Positions 1-9,938 of a stretch of 64,000 nucleotides of DNA are shown one piece after another. Below the pieces are notes generated by a model that did not search any database, was not told where the DNA came from, and saw nothing but the letters and a program-made list of their open reading frames with translations. The translations under genes were made by a program, and so were the position numbers. This stretch comes from Alphaproteobacteria bacterium. GTDB taxonomy: Bacteria > Pseudomonadota > Alphaproteobacteria > UBA828. The stretch lies in assembly GCA_963667785.2 (NCBI GenBank), contig CAXXMU010000002.1:768001-832000 (forward strand), read 5' to 3'. The stretch's first letter is position 1. Each line of letters starts with the position of its first letter.

Positions 1-10
1 TTCCGTTCAT
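1..10 (-). CDS. nthB: Probable 5' end of nitrile hydratase beta subunit (runs off the left edge)
   Basis: The minus strand reads GAGGGA (RBS)...ATG AAC GGA directly after the nthA stop. NHase beta subunits typically start MNG/MDG. Only 3 codons are visible. Confidence 0.5.
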
Positions 11-33
11 CGCTGTGCTCCCTCGGGAACCGG

Positions 34-642
34 CTAGTCGGCGGGCGCTTCGACCAGCGCCGTGCCGATCATGGAATCGCGGGTCACCAGCGCAGCCAGC
101 GCGTCCTCGCTCATCCCCTCCGTGCCGGTCGGCTGTTGCGGCAGCACCAGGTAGCGGAGCTCCGCGTTGCTGTCCCACACCCGCACCTCGACGTCGTCGG
201 ACAGCTCGACGCCGAATTCCTCGAGCACGCCGCGCGGATCGATGACCGAGCGGGCGCGGAAGGGGGCGCTCTTGTACCAGATGGGGGGCAGGCCGAGCGT
301 GGGCCACGGGTAGCAGGAGCAGAGCGTGCAGGTGACCAGGTTGTGCACCTCGTCGGTGTTCTCGACGACGATCATGTCCTCGCCCTGCACGCCGCTGAAG
401 CCGAGCTCGGCGATCGCCGCGCTCCCGTCGTCCAGCAGCCTCTTCTTGTAGTCCGGGTCCGTCCACGCCCGGGCCACCACCTTGGCCCCGTTGCGCGGGC
501 CGATTCGGGTCTCGTAGGTCTCCACCAGGGCGTCGATGGCGGCCGAATCGAGAAGGCCCTTCTCGGCAAGCAGCGTCTCCAGGGCCTTCACCCGCATCGC
601 CGTATCGGACGGAGGAGCGTTATGGGCATGGTCGTGTGCCAT
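34..642 (-). CDS. nthA: Nitrile hydratase alpha subunit, cobalt-type
   Basis: Metal-binding motif CTLCSCY (Thr/Tyr variant = Co-type), plus [13 protein letters not shown], LGLPPxWYKS and [14 protein letters not shown]. Confidence 0.96.
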   Translation of the reverse strand: MAHDHAHNAPPSDTAMRVKALETLLAEKGLLDSAAIDALVETYETRIGPRNGAKVVARAWTDPDYKKRLLDDGSAAIAELGFSGVQGEDMIVVENTDEVHNLVTCTLCSCYPWPTLGLPPIWYKSAPFRARSVIDPRGVLEEFGVELSDDVEVRVWDSNAELRYLVLPQQPTGTEGMSEDALAALVTRDSMIGTALVEAPAD

Positions 643-794
643 GATCGAGGGTCCCTCGTTCGCTTCCCTGAGCCGATGCTATCCCCTAGCCGAGTCCCGT
701 TCAATCGCCTCCGCATCGCCGCACGCTCGACGCTGGTAAAGGCAGGGGCGAGCGCCTATTCTCCCGCCCGCTCGAAGTGGGGGAAAGTGCGCCC

Positions 795-1784
795 ATGCGC
801 ATCGTTCGGCACTGGCACTCGACGCCCGCGGACGCGCGGGGCGCGGTGGTCGCCGTCGGCAATTTCGACGGCGTCCATCTGGGCCATCGCGCGGTCATCG
901 AGGAGGGCCGGCGCGTCGCCGGCAGCCTCGGTGCGCCGCTCGCCGTGCTCACCTTCGAGCCGCACCCGCGCCAGGTGCTCGCCCCGCCGGACGAGCCCTT
1001 CAGGCTGACGCCCTTCCGCCTCAAGGCCCGCCACCTCGCCGCCCTCGGCGTGGACATCCTCTACGTCGCCCGCTTCGACCGCGCCTTCGCGGCGCGCGAA
1101 CCCGCCTCCTTCGTCACGGACGTGGTGGCCGCCGGCATCGGCGCGCGCCATGTCGTCGTCGGCCGCGACTTCGCCTTCGGCCGGGGCCGCACGGGCACCG
1201 TCGCGCTGCTTGCGGAGGTGGGTGCCGCGTGCGGAGTCGGCGTCACCCGCATCGAGGCCGCCGGGAGCGGCCAGGAGATCTACTCGGCCAGCCGGGCGCG
1301 CCGCCTGCTGGCGGCCGGCGATGTCGCCGCCGTCGCGCCGGTGCTGGGGCGCTTCTGGGAGATCGACGGCCACGTGATCGCGGGCGACCGGCGCGGCCGC
1401 ACCATCGGCTTCCCCACCGCCAACCTGCGCACCAGCGGCATCCTGCATCCGGCGCGCGGGGTCTACGCGCTCTGGGCGCAGCCCGGCGGCGAGGACGCGC
1501 GCTGGCTGCCGGCGGTCGCCAATCTCGGCCGCCGGCCGACCTTCCACAAGACCGAGGACCTGCTCGAAGTGCACATCTTCGACTATGACGGCGATCTGTA
1601 CGGCAAGCGGCTGCGCGCCGCCTTCGCAGACCGCGTGCGGCCCGAGCGCCGCTTCGACGGGATCGAGAGCCTGAAGGCCCAGATCGCCCGCGACTGCGAC
1701 TCGGCCCGCGCGATGCTCGCCCGCGCTCCGGCGCCCGACGCCGACGAGGCCTCTACCCCGCCCCTGCGCCAGGCACGGTCATGA
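795..1784 (+). CDS. ribF: Bifunctional riboflavin kinase/FAD synthetase
   Basis: GNFDGVHLGH, TFEPHP, GRTIGFPTAN and LEVHIFDYDGDLYG motifs; upstream of ileS. Start taken at ATG 795. Confidence 0.96.
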   Translation: MRIVRHWHSTPADARGAVVAVGNFDGVHLGHRAVIEEGRRVAGSLGAPLAVLTFEPHPRQVLAPPDEPFRLTPFRLKARHLAALGVDILYVARFDRAFAAREPASFVTDVVAAGIGARHVVVGRDFAFGRGRTGTVALLAEVGAACGVGVTRIEAAGSGQEIYSASRARRLLAAGDVAAVAPVLGRFWEIDGHVIAGDRRGRTIGFPTANLRTSGILHPARGVYALWAQPGGEDARWLPAVANLGRRPTFHKTEDLLEVHIFDYDGDLYGKRLRAAFADRVRPERRFDGIESLKAQIARDCDSARAMLARAPAPDADEASTPPLRQARS

Positions 1785-4642
1785 GCGCCGACTACCGCGA
1801 TACCGTCCTCATGCCGCGCACCGGCTTTCCCATGAAGGCCAAGCTGCCGGAGCGCGAGCCGGCGATGGCCGCACGCTGGGAGGAGATCGGCCTCTACCGG
1901 CGCCTGCGCGAGCAGGCTGCCGGACGGCCCAAGTTCGTCCTCCACGACGGGCCGCCCTACGCCAACGGCCACCTGCACCTCGGCACCGCGCTGAACAAGA
2001 TCCTCAAGGACGTCGTCGTGCGCTCGCAGCAGATGCTGGGCAAGGATTCGGTCTACGTGCCCGGCTGGGATTGCCACGGCCTGCCGATCGAGTGGCAGGT
2101 CGAGCAGGCCTACCGCAAGGAGAAGCGCGACAAGGACTCCGTGCCGGTCAGCGAGTTCCGGGCGGACTGCCGCGCTTTCGCCGACCACTGGATCGGGGTG
2201 CAGAAGAGCGAGTTCAAGCGCCTCGGCGTCGTCGGCGACTGGGACGAGCCCTACACCACCATGAGCTTCGCGGCGGAAGCGCAGATCGTGCGCGAGCTCG
2301 GCCGCTTCCTGCTCGACGGCAGCCTCTACCGGGGGGCCCGGCCGGTGATGTGGTCGCCGGTCGAGAAGACCGCGCTGGCCGAGGCGGAGATCGAGTATCA
2401 CGACCACACCTCGGTGGTCATCACCGTCGCCTTCCCGGTCGTGCAGAGCCCGCTGGAGGCCCTCGACGGCGCCGCCGTCGTGATCTGGACGACGACGCCG
2501 TGGACCATCCCCGGCAACCGCTGCATCGCCTATGGCGAGGCGGTGCGCTACCTCGTGCTGGAGGTGACGGAGGTTGCCGATGGCGCGGCGGTCGCACCCG
2601 GCACGCGGATCGCCGCCGCCGAGGAGCTCGTGCCCTCGCTCTGCGCCGATACGGGCATCACCGGACACCGGGTGATCGCCTCGGACCTCCCTGGCACCGC
2701 CTTCGCCGGCACCGTCTGCGCCCACCCGCTGCGGGGCCGCGGCTACGACTTCCCGGTCCCGCTGATCCCGGCGGATCACGTGACCACTGAGCAGGGCACC
2801 GGCTTCGTCCATATCGCGCCCGGCCACGGTGCCGAGGACTTCGAGGCGGTGGCGCGCTACAACGCCGGCCTGACGGCCGATCAAAGGATGATTGAGACGC
2901 CGGCGACGGTGGACGACGACGGCCGCTTCTACGATCACGTGCCGGGCTTCGCCGGCGGGCACGTCTACGAGGTGAACGGCGATGTCGCCGACGCGCTGGC
3001 CGACGCCGGCCGCCTGCTCGCGCGCGGCACGCTAGTGCATTCCTACCCCCACTCCTGGCGCTCCAAGGCGCCGCTGATCTTCCGCAACACGCAGCAGTGG
3101 TTCATCAGCATGGAGACGACCGGGCTCAGGCAGACCGCGCTCGACGCCATCGACCGGGTGCGCTGGGTGCCGCCGGCAGGCCGGGCGCGGATCCGCTCGA
3201 TGATCGAGACCCGGCCGGACTGGGTGCTCTCGCGCCAGCGCGTCTGGGGCGTGCCGATCACGGTGTTCGTCTCGCGCGAGGATGGCGCCCCGCTGCGGGA
3301 CGAGCGGGTGGTGGAGCGCATCGCCGCCGCGGTGGAGGAGGAAGGGGCCGACGCCTGGTTCACCAGCGACAAGGCGCGCTTCCTCGCGCCGGAGCACGAC
3401 CCGGACGCCTACGACAAGGTCACGGACATTCTCGACGTCTGGTTCGAGAGCGGCACCACGCACAGCTTCGTCCTGGAGCAGCGGCCGGAGCTGATGTGGC
3501 CGGCCTCGCTCTATCTCGAGGGCTCGGACCAGCACCGCGGCTGGTTCCACAGCTCGCTTCTCGAATCCTGCGGCACGCGCGGGCGCGCGCCCTACGACGC
3601 CGTGCTCACCCACGGCTTCGTGGTCGATGGCGAGGGCCGCAAGATGTCGAAGTCGCTCGGCAACGTGATCGCCCCGCAGCAGGTGAACGAGCGCTACGGC
3701 GCCGACATCCTGCGTCTCTGGGTGGTGAGTGCCGACTACGCCGAGGACCTCAGGATCAGCGAGGAGATCCTGCGTTACCAGGCCGATTCCTACCGCCGGC
3801 TGCGCAACACGCTGCGCTTCCTGCTGGGTAACCTGGCCGACTTCCACCCCGGCGAGCGCCTGGCCCCGGAGGAGCTGCCCGCGCTCGAGCGCTGGGTGCT
3901 GCACCGGCTCGAGGGCCTCGGCCGCGAGGTGCGGCAATGGTGCGAGGACTTCGCCTTCCACGAGATGTTCGTGGCGCTGCATCACTTCTGCGCCGTCGAT
4001 CTCTCGGCCTTCTACTTCGACATCCGCAAGGACGCGCTCTATTGCGAGCCCGCCGGGTCGAGCCGCCGGCGCGCCGCGCGCACCGTGCTCAACAGCCTGT
4101 TCGACTGTCTCACCGCGTGGCTTGCGCCCTTCATCTGCTTCACCGCCGAGGAGGCCTGGCTCGCTCGCCACGCGGACGATACGAGCGTGCACCTGCGCAC
4201 CTTCCCGGCGCTGCCGGCGGCGTGGCGGGACGACGCGCTGGCCGAGCGGACCGAGCGCATGCGGGCGGTGCGCCGCGTCGTCACCAAGGCGCTGGAGCAG
4301 GCGCGCGCCGCGAAGGTCATCGGCTCCTCGCTGGAGGCCGCGCCCACGGTCTTCGTGCACGAGCGCTACCGCGACGCGCTGGCCTATGACGACGACGATT
4401 GCGCGACCCTCTTCATCACCTCGGACGCGCTCGTCGCGGCATGGGAGGACGCGCCGGCGAACGCCGATCTCGTCACCCTGCCCGAGGTGCCGGAGGTCGG
4501 CGTGCTGTTCGCACCGGCCGAGGCCGAGAAATGCGCGCGCTGCTGGCGGCTCCTGCCCGAGGTCGGCACCGTCGAGCGCTATCCCGATCTCTGCGGGCGC
4601 TGCGCGAGCGCCGTGGACGCGGCCCGCCCGGCTGCCGCCTGA
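1781..4642 (+). CDS. ileS: Isoleucyl-tRNA synthetase (type 1)
   Basis: LHDGPPYANG, GWDCHGLPIE, WTTTPWT, EGSDQHRGWF, KMSKS and C-terminal CxxC...CxxC zinc finger. Confidence 0.98.
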   Translation: MSADYRDTVLMPRTGFPMKAKLPEREPAMAARWEEIGLYRRLREQAAGRPKFVLHDGPPYANGHLHLGTALNKILKDVVVRSQQMLGKDSVYVPGWDCHGLPIEWQVEQAYRKEKRDKDSVPVSEFRADCRAFADHWIGVQKSEFKRLGVVGDWDEPYTTMSFAAEAQIVRELGRFLLDGSLYRGARPVMWSPVEKTALAEAEIEYHDHTSVVITVAFPVVQSPLEALDGAAVVIWTTTPWTIPGNRCIAYGEAVRYLVLEVTEVADGAAVAPGTRIAAAEELVPSLCADTGITGHRVIASDLPGTAFAGTVCAHPLRGRGYDFPVPLIPADHVTTEQGTGFVHIAPGHGAEDFEAVARYNAGLTADQRMIETPATVDDDGRFYDHVPGFAGGHVYEVNGDVADALADAGRLLARGTLVHSYPHSWRSKAPLIFRNTQQWFISMETTGLRQTALDAIDRVRWVPPAGRARIRSMIETRPDWVLSRQRVWGVPITVFVSREDGAPLRDERVVERIAAAVEEEGADAWFTSDKARFLAPEHDPDAYDKVTDILDVWFESGTTHSFVLEQRPELMWPASLYLEGSDQHRGWFHSSLLESCGTRGRAPYDAVLTHGFVVDGEGRKMSKSLGNVIAPQQVNERYGADILRLWVVSADYAEDLRISEEILRYQADSYRRLRNTLRFLLGNLADFHPGERLAPEELPALERWVLHRLEGLGREVRQWCEDFAFHEMFVALHHFCAVDLSAFYFDIRKDALYCEPAGSSRRRAARTVLNSLFDCLTAWLAPFICFTAEEAWLARHADDTSVHLRTFPALPAAWRDDALAERTERMRAVRRVVTKALEQARAAKVIGSSLEAAPTVFVHERYRDALAYDDDDCATLFITSDALVAAWEDAPANADLVTLPEVPEVGVLFAPAEAEKCARCWRLLPEVGTVERYPDLCGRCASAVDAARPAAA

Positions 4643-4677
4643 TCGGCCGGGCCTCCCCGGGGCCGGGAAGAGCGCTC

Positions 4678-5148
4678 TTGCTCCGTATCGGACTGCCGGT
4701 CGCCGCCGCCGTCGTCGTCGCCGACCAGGCCAGCAAGTATGTCGTGCGCGACGCGCTGTGGGACCCGCTCCGCTACATCGAGGTGACCTCCTTCTTCAAC
4801 CTCGTGCCGGTCCAGAACCGGGGCATCAGCTTCGGCCTCTTTCAGAGCGAGGGCGCCGGCACCTGGCTGATCGTCGGCCTCGCGCTCGCGATCTCCGCCG
4901 GCCTCGTGGTCTGGCTGAGCCGGACCCGCCTGCGCTGGCCGGCCTGGGCGCTCGGCCTCGTCATCGGCGGCGCCATCGGCAACGTGATCGACAGGGTACG
5001 CCTCGGCTGGGTCATCGATTTTCTCGATTTCCACGGCGGCGGCTACCACTGGCCGGCCTTCAACATTGCCGATGCGGCCATCAGCGTCGGCGTCGTCATG
5101 CTGATCCTGCACGGCTTCTTGATGAAGCCGCGGAAAGCGCCTAGATAG
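4678..5148 (+). CDS. lspA: Lipoprotein signal peptidase II
   Basis: DQASK, NRGISFG, GGAIGNVIDR, VIDF and WPAFNIAD motifs; follows ileS. The TTG start at 4678 is approximate. Confidence 0.93.
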   Translation: MLRIGLPVAAAVVVADQASKYVVRDALWDPLRYIEVTSFFNLVPVQNRGISFGLFQSEGAGTWLIVGLALAISAGLVVWLSRTRLRWPAWALGLVIGGAIGNVIDRVRLGWVIDFLDFHGGGYHWPAFNIADAAISVGVVMLILHGFLMKPRKAPR

Positions 5149-5154
5149 GGTCCC

Positions 5155-5760
5155 ATGGGCAAGGCGGTGCAGCGGGCGGCCTGGCACCGGGGAGCCGGCC
5201 GTATTGTCGCGGCGGGTCTCGGCGCCGTAGGCTTGGCGCTGGCGCTCGGCGCCTGCGGCAATGTCAGCCAGTCCCTCGGCCTCGGCAAGAACACGCCGGA
5301 CGAATTCGCGGTGGTCCGGAACCCGCCGCTTTCGCTCCCGCCCGACCTGACGCTCAGGCCGCCCCGTCCCGGCGAACGACCCACCAACGAGGTCTCGGCG
5401 CGCGATCAGGCGGAGACCCTCCTGCTGAGCGAAGCCGGCGGCGACCGAGCAGCCGACGCGGCGCAGGCGACCGAGACGCCGGGCGAAGCCGCGCTGATCG
5501 CGCATGCCGGCGCCGCCGACGTGGACCCCAACATCCGCGACATCATCCAGCGCGAGTATTCGGGCTACGCGTACAGGGACGAGAGCTTCGTCGAAGCGCT
5601 CATGTTCTGGCGCTCCGAGGACCCGCCTGGCGAGGTGGTCGACCCCGAGGCCGAAGCCGAGCGGCTGCGAGAGAACATCGAGGCCGGGAAGCCCGTCACG
5701 GAGGGCGAGACGCCGACGATCGAGCGGCGCGAAAGGGCTCTTCTCGAAGGGATATTCTGA
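5155..5760 (+). CDS. DUF3035-family lipoprotein
   Basis: Lipobox LGAC, then PDEFAVVRNPPLSLPPDLTLRPPRPG, typical of the DUF3035 gene next to lspA in Alphaproteobacteria. Confidence 0.8.
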   Translation: MGKAVQRAAWHRGAGRIVAAGLGAVGLALALGACGNVSQSLGLGKNTPDEFAVVRNPPLSLPPDLTLRPPRPGERPTNEVSARDQAETLLLSEAGGDRAADAAQATETPGEAALIAHAGAADVDPNIRDIIQREYSGYAYRDESFVEALMFWRSEDPPGEVVDPEAEAERLRENIEAGKPVTEGETPTIERRERALLEGIF

Positions 5761-5826
5761 GTTGACGCGATGGCGGCGCGCGGGCCCGCCGCCCATCGCC
5801 GCTCGCCGCTTCCTGGAGGTCGCCCC

Positions 5827-7665
5827 ATGACCATCCGTCTCCTGCCGGAGAGCGTGATCAACCGGATCGCGGCCGGCGAGGTCATCGAGCGGCCGGCGTC
5901 GGTGGTCAAGGAGCTGGTCGAGAACGCCATCGACGCCGGCGCGCGCAGCATCGAGGTGACGCTGGAGGAGAGCGGCCGCCGGCTCATCCGGGTCGCCGAC
6001 GACGGTCGCGGCATGACGCGCGAGGAGCTGCCGCTGGCGCTGGCCCGCCACGCCACCTCCAAGCTCACGGGCGACGGCGACCTCTGGTCGATCGCGACTC
6101 TGGGCTTTCGCGGCGAGGCGCTGCCCTCCATCGCCTCGGTCGGCAGGCTCACGATCGCGAGCCGTGCCGCCGGCGCCGGGAACGCGTGGACGATCGACGC
6201 GGCCGGCGGGGCGCCGGGTGCATGCACGCCCACCGCACGGCCGCAGGGGACCACCGTGACGGTGGCGGATCTCTTCTACGCGACGCCGGCACGGCTCAAG
6301 TTCCTCAAGGCGCCGCGCACCGAATCGGGCCATGTCGCGGATGCCGTCGGCCGCCTCGCCATGTGCCACCCGGCCATCGCCTTCGCGCTCACGGACGATG
6401 GCCGCAGCGCGCTGCAGGACGGGCCGCATGACGACGGGCCGACGGGGCGGCTCGCGCGGCTTGCGTTGGTCATGGGCCGGGCCTTCGCCGAGAACGCCCT
6501 GCCCATCGATGCCGAGCGCGAGGACGTGCGGCTCACAGGCTACGCGGCGCTGCCCACGCTGAATCGCGCCAGCGCGCAACACCAATACCTCTTCGTGAAC
6601 GGCCGGCCGGTGCGCGACCGCCTGTTGATGGGCGCGGTGCGCGCGGCCTACGCCGACTTCCTCCACCGCGGGCGCCATCCCATGGCGGCGCTCTTCCTCG
6701 AGCTTCCGCCGGACCGGGTGGACGTGAACGTCCACCCCACCAAGGCCGAGGTGCGCTTCCGCGACGGCGCGCTGGTGCGCGGGCTCATTGTTGGCGCGCT
6801 CAAGCGGGCGCTTGCCGCCACCGGGCACCATGCGGCGACCACGGTCGCCGAGGATGCGCTCGCCGCACTGCGGCCGCACAGCGGCGGCGACCGCGCCAGC
6901 GCCGGCGCCGATGGGGACTACGGCCCCGCACCGCCCTCCAGGGCGCCGCATCTGGCCGAGGCCCAGGCGCGCTACCACGCACCGCTCGATGCGCCGCTCC
7001 ACGCGCCGTCGGCCCGGGTCGACGCCGCGCCGCCGGCGGCGCAGGACGGTGCGTCGGCGGAGTCAGGCGACGCGACCGGCCCGGCCTATCCCCTCGGCGT
7101 CGCCCGCGGGCAGGTGCACGGCACCTATGTCGTGGCGCAGACCGAGGACGGCATCGTGATCGTCGATCAGCACGCCGCCCACGAGCGGATCGTCTACGAG
7201 CGGATGAAGGCCGCACTGGCGGACGCCGGCATCCGGCGCCAGATCCTGCTGATCCCCGAGGTGGTCGAGCTCGACGATAAGGCCGTCGCCAAGCTGGAGG
7301 CGCGGGCCGCCGAGCTGGCCGATCTCGGCCTGGTGCTGGAGCGCTTCGGCGCGGGCGCGGTGGTGGTGCGCGAGGTGCCGGCGCTCATCGGCAACGGCGA
7401 CACGCAGGGCCTGGTGCGCGACCTCGCCGACGAACTCGCCGAATGGGACGAGTCCTCGCCCCTGCGCCAGCGGCTCGCGGACGTGTGCAGCACGCTGGCC
7501 TGCCACGGCAGCGTCCGCGCCGGGCGCCGGCTCAACGCCGACGAGATGAACGCGCTGCTGCGGCAGATGGAGGCGACCCCCCACGCCGGCCAGTGCAACC
7601 ACGGCCGGCCGACCTACGTCGAGCTCAAGCTCGCCGACATCGAGCGCCTGTTCGGCCGGCGCTAG
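5827..7665 (+). CDS. mutL: DNA mismatch repair endonuclease MutL
   Basis: [34 protein letters not shown], endonuclease motif [17 protein letters not shown] and CNHGRP. Confidence 0.97.
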   Translation: MTIRLLPESVINRIAAGEVIERPASVVKELVENAIDAGARSIEVTLEESGRRLIRVADDGRGMTREELPLALARHATSKLTGDGDLWSIATLGFRGEALPSIASVGRLTIASRAAGAGNAWTIDAAGGAPGACTPTARPQGTTVTVADLFYATPARLKFLKAPRTESGHVADAVGRLAMCHPAIAFALTDDGRSALQDGPHDDGPTGRLARLALVMGRAFAENALPIDAEREDVRLTGYAALPTLNRASAQHQYLFVNGRPVRDRLLMGAVRAAYADFLHRGRHPMAALFLELPPDRVDVNVHPTKAEVRFRDGALVRGLIVGALKRALAATGHHAATTVAEDALAALRPHSGGDRASAGADGDYGPAPPSRAPHLAEAQARYHAPLDAPLHAPSARVDAAPPAAQDGASAESGDATGPAYPLGVARGQVHGTYVVAQTEDGIVIVDQHAAHERIVYERMKAALADAGIRRQILLIPEVVELDDKAVAKLEARAAELADLGLVLERFGAGAVVVREVPALIGNGDTQGLVRDLADELAEWDESSPLRQRLADVCSTLACHGSVRAGRRLNADEMNALLRQMEATPHAGQCNHGRPTYVELKLADIERLFGRR

Positions 7666-7811
7666 AGCGTGTCCGCTTTACACGGAAACGCTCTGGCCTC
7701 TTTTTCGCTCACGGCAGCCGACCTGCGGTCGGCGCCTGCGCGGGCGCGCCGCATAAGCGGCGGGCCGCAGTCGCGGCCTGTCGCGTATCCGTCAACGACG
7801 GATACGCTCTA
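7663..7811. repeat. ~150 bp palindromic intergenic element (MITE-like; resembles alphaproteobacterial CIR/Bru-RS-type repeats)
   Basis: Terminal inverted repeats TAGAGCGTGTCCG (7663) and CGGATACGCTCTA (ends 7811), with 1 mismatch. Each end also folds locally, e.g. GCGTATCCGTC-AAC-GACGGATACGC. Confidence 0.65.
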
Positions 7812-7859
7812 ACCCGAACGTCTGAAGACACCACTGGAACGGGAGGAAGGACGAAGCCA

Positions 7860-8450
7860 ATGGAGAGAGACGCGCGATACCCGGACTACATCGGCATCTC
7901 GGACGTGAGCACGAAGTCCTTCGAGCAGATGCGCGTCGAAGGCAACTTCGAAGGCCAGCCGTCAATCATGTTCGACGAGCCGGAAGGGTTCGATATCGGC
8001 GATCCGCCCGATCTGCAGGGGCGCTCACGGGGCTGGACCCCGGTCCACGCCCAGCTCTGCGCCCTCGCCTCCTGCACCTCCATCACCGTCACCGTGGTGG
8101 CGCGCGATCAGGGGTTCAGGTATCGGGGCCTGAGGACCGACATCCGTTCTCTCATCGACATCCGCGGCTTCTTCTTCGATCTGCACCTGCAGCCCAAGTA
8201 CGAGCAGATCAACTTCGACCTCCACGTGGACACGCGGGAGAAGACGGACCGGGTCAAGGAGCTCGCCCGGGAAACGGACCGCCGCTGCCCCCAGATCGGC
8301 CTGTTCAGGATGGCCGGCATTCCCATGGTGATGAGCTGGTACAGGGAAGGCTCGAAGAGGCCGCTGTTCGTCGACCGCTTTCACATCGGCCGGGGCAGGA
8401 CGCCGGAGGAGAAGCTGATCGAGCGGCAGAAGAAGATCGACGGAACCTAG
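7860..8450 (+). CDS. OsmC/Ohr-like protein
   Basis: RBS GGGAGGAAGG before ATG 7860. DEP..G......TP..LCALASC and a downstream RRCP give the OsmC two-Cys pattern. Confidence 0.7.
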   Translation: MERDARYPDYIGISDVSTKSFEQMRVEGNFEGQPSIMFDEPEGFDIGDPPDLQGRSRGWTPVHAQLCALASCTSITVTVVARDQGFRYRGLRTDIRSLIDIRGFFFDLHLQPKYEQINFDLHVDTREKTDRVKELARETDRRCPQIGLFRMAGIPMVMSWYREGSKRPLFVDRFHIGRGRTPEEKLIERQKKIDGT

Positions 8451-8474
8451 GCCCTTCCTCGCCCTGCCCCCGCC

Positions 8475-9179
8475 TCAGTCGCCGAAGTAGGCCGCCGCGA
8501 TCTCGGGGGATTCGCGCAGCTCCTCGGGCGTCCTCGGCTCGCCGATGCGGCCGGTCTCTAGCAGGTAGACCTCCCGCGCGAGGCTCATGGCGAAGTTCAC
8601 GTTCTGCTCGGTGATCACGATGGTGAGCCCGAGCCGCTCGTTCAGGTCCTTGAGCACGGCGGCGATCTCGAGGCATACGCGGGGCGCGAGGCCGAGCGTC
8701 GGCTCGTCCACCATGAGCAGAGTCGGGCTCGACATCAGTGCGCGGCCGAGCGATGCCATCTGACGCTCGCCGCCGGACTGGGTCGCGGTCTCCTGCTTCT
8801 GCCGCTCCTCGAGCCGGGGGAAGAGGTCGAACACGGTGCGCAGGTTGGCCTCGATCGCGTCCCGCTTGCGATAGGCGCCGACGAGCAGGTTCTCCTTCAC
8901 CCCCATGAAGGGGAAGAGGTTGCCACGCTCCGTCGCGTAGCCGATGCCGAGCCGGATGATCCGCGCCGGCGACATGCGGGTGATGTCCGTGTCGGCGAAG
9001 GTGATCTGCCCGCGCCGCCTCGTCAGGCCCACGATGGAATCGAGCAGGGTCGACTTGCCGGCGCCGTTGGGGCCGACGACGGCGACGATGCTGCCCGCCT
9101 CCACCTCCAGCGAGACGCCGTGCAGCGCCTGGGCCCGGCCGTAGAAGACATCGAGATCGCCGATGCTCAGGAGCGCCAC
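8475..9179 (-). CDS. Branched-chain amino acid-type ABC transporter ATP-binding protein (LivF-like)
   Basis: Walker A GPNGAGKST, SGGERQM signature, DEPTLGLAP and EQN. Confidence 0.92.
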   Translation of the reverse strand: MALLSIGDLDVFYGRAQALHGVSLEVEAGSIVAVVGPNGAGKSTLLDSIVGLTRRRGQITFADTDITRMSPARIIRLGIGYATERGNLFPFMGVKENLLVGAYRKRDAIEANLRTVFDLFPRLEERQKQETATQSGGERQMASLGRALMSSPTLLMVDEPTLGLAPRVCLEIAAVLKDLNERLGLTIVITEQNVNFAMSLAREVYLLETGRIGEPRTPEELRESPEIAAAYFGD

Positions 9180-9200
9180 GATCCCCTCCCCTTCCCGCTC

Positions 9201-9938
9201 CTACTGCCCGAGATAGGCATCGCGGACCGCCTCGTCCTTCACCACCTCGTCGAACGTGCCTTCCGCAATGATGGCGCCGAAGGACATGACGATGACCCGG
9301 TCGACGAGCGGCGCCAGCGCGCGCAGATCGTGGCTGACGATGATGTAGGTGAGCCCGTCCCTGCGCTTCTTCTCCACCAGTAGCTCGGAGATCTGCGCGA
9401 TCTCCTTCAGGGTCAACCCCGCGAAGACCTCGTCGAGCAGCAGCAGCCTGGGCGAAACGGCGACGTTGCGCGCCATCTCAAGCCGGCGCAGGTCGCCCAT
9501 GGCGAGCTCGCTCGGCAGCCTCTCGATCTGCTCGTCGGAGAAGCCGACGCTGCGGCCGATCTCCGCCTCGGCCGCCTGGTCCGCTCCCTCGGCGACAAGC
9601 TTCCAGAGGTTGTCCGGCGCCATGCCGACACGGATGTTGGCGCCCACCGACATTTCGCCGAAGGGCTGGGGGACCTGATAGGTGCGCGCGATGCCGCGCT
9701 TGACCCGCTCGTGGGTGGGCACGCGGGTGACGTTCTCGCCCTTGAACCAGATTTCGCCCTTGGTGGGCTTGAGCTCCGCCATGATCATGTTGAAGACGGT
9801 CGTCTTGCCGGCGCCGTTCGGGCCGATCAGGCCGAGCGTCTCGCCCTCCGCCACCTGGAAGGAGATTCCCTGCACGGCGCGGATGCCGCCGAAGGTCATG
9901 TGCAGGTCGCGCACCTCCAGCAGCGGGCCTTCGGTCAT
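9201..9938 (-). CDS. Branched-chain amino acid-type ABC transporter ATP-binding protein (LivG-like)
   Basis: C-terminal part of ORF 9201..10850 from MTEGPLLEV. FGGIRAV, GPNGAGKTT, LLLLDE and VRDAYLG. Confidence 0.92.
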   Translation of the reverse strand: MTEGPLLEVRDLHMTFGGIRAVQGISFQVAEGETLGLIGPNGAGKTTVFNMIMAELKPTKGEIWFKGENVTRVPTHERVKRGIARTYQVPQPFGEMSVGANIRVGMAPDNLWKLVAEGADQAAEAEIGRSVGFSDEQIERLPSELAMGDLRRLEMARNVAVSPRLLLLDEVFAGLTLKEIAQISELLVEKKRRDGLTYIIVSHDLRALAPLVDRVIVMSFGAIIAEGTFDEVVKDEAVRDAYLGQ

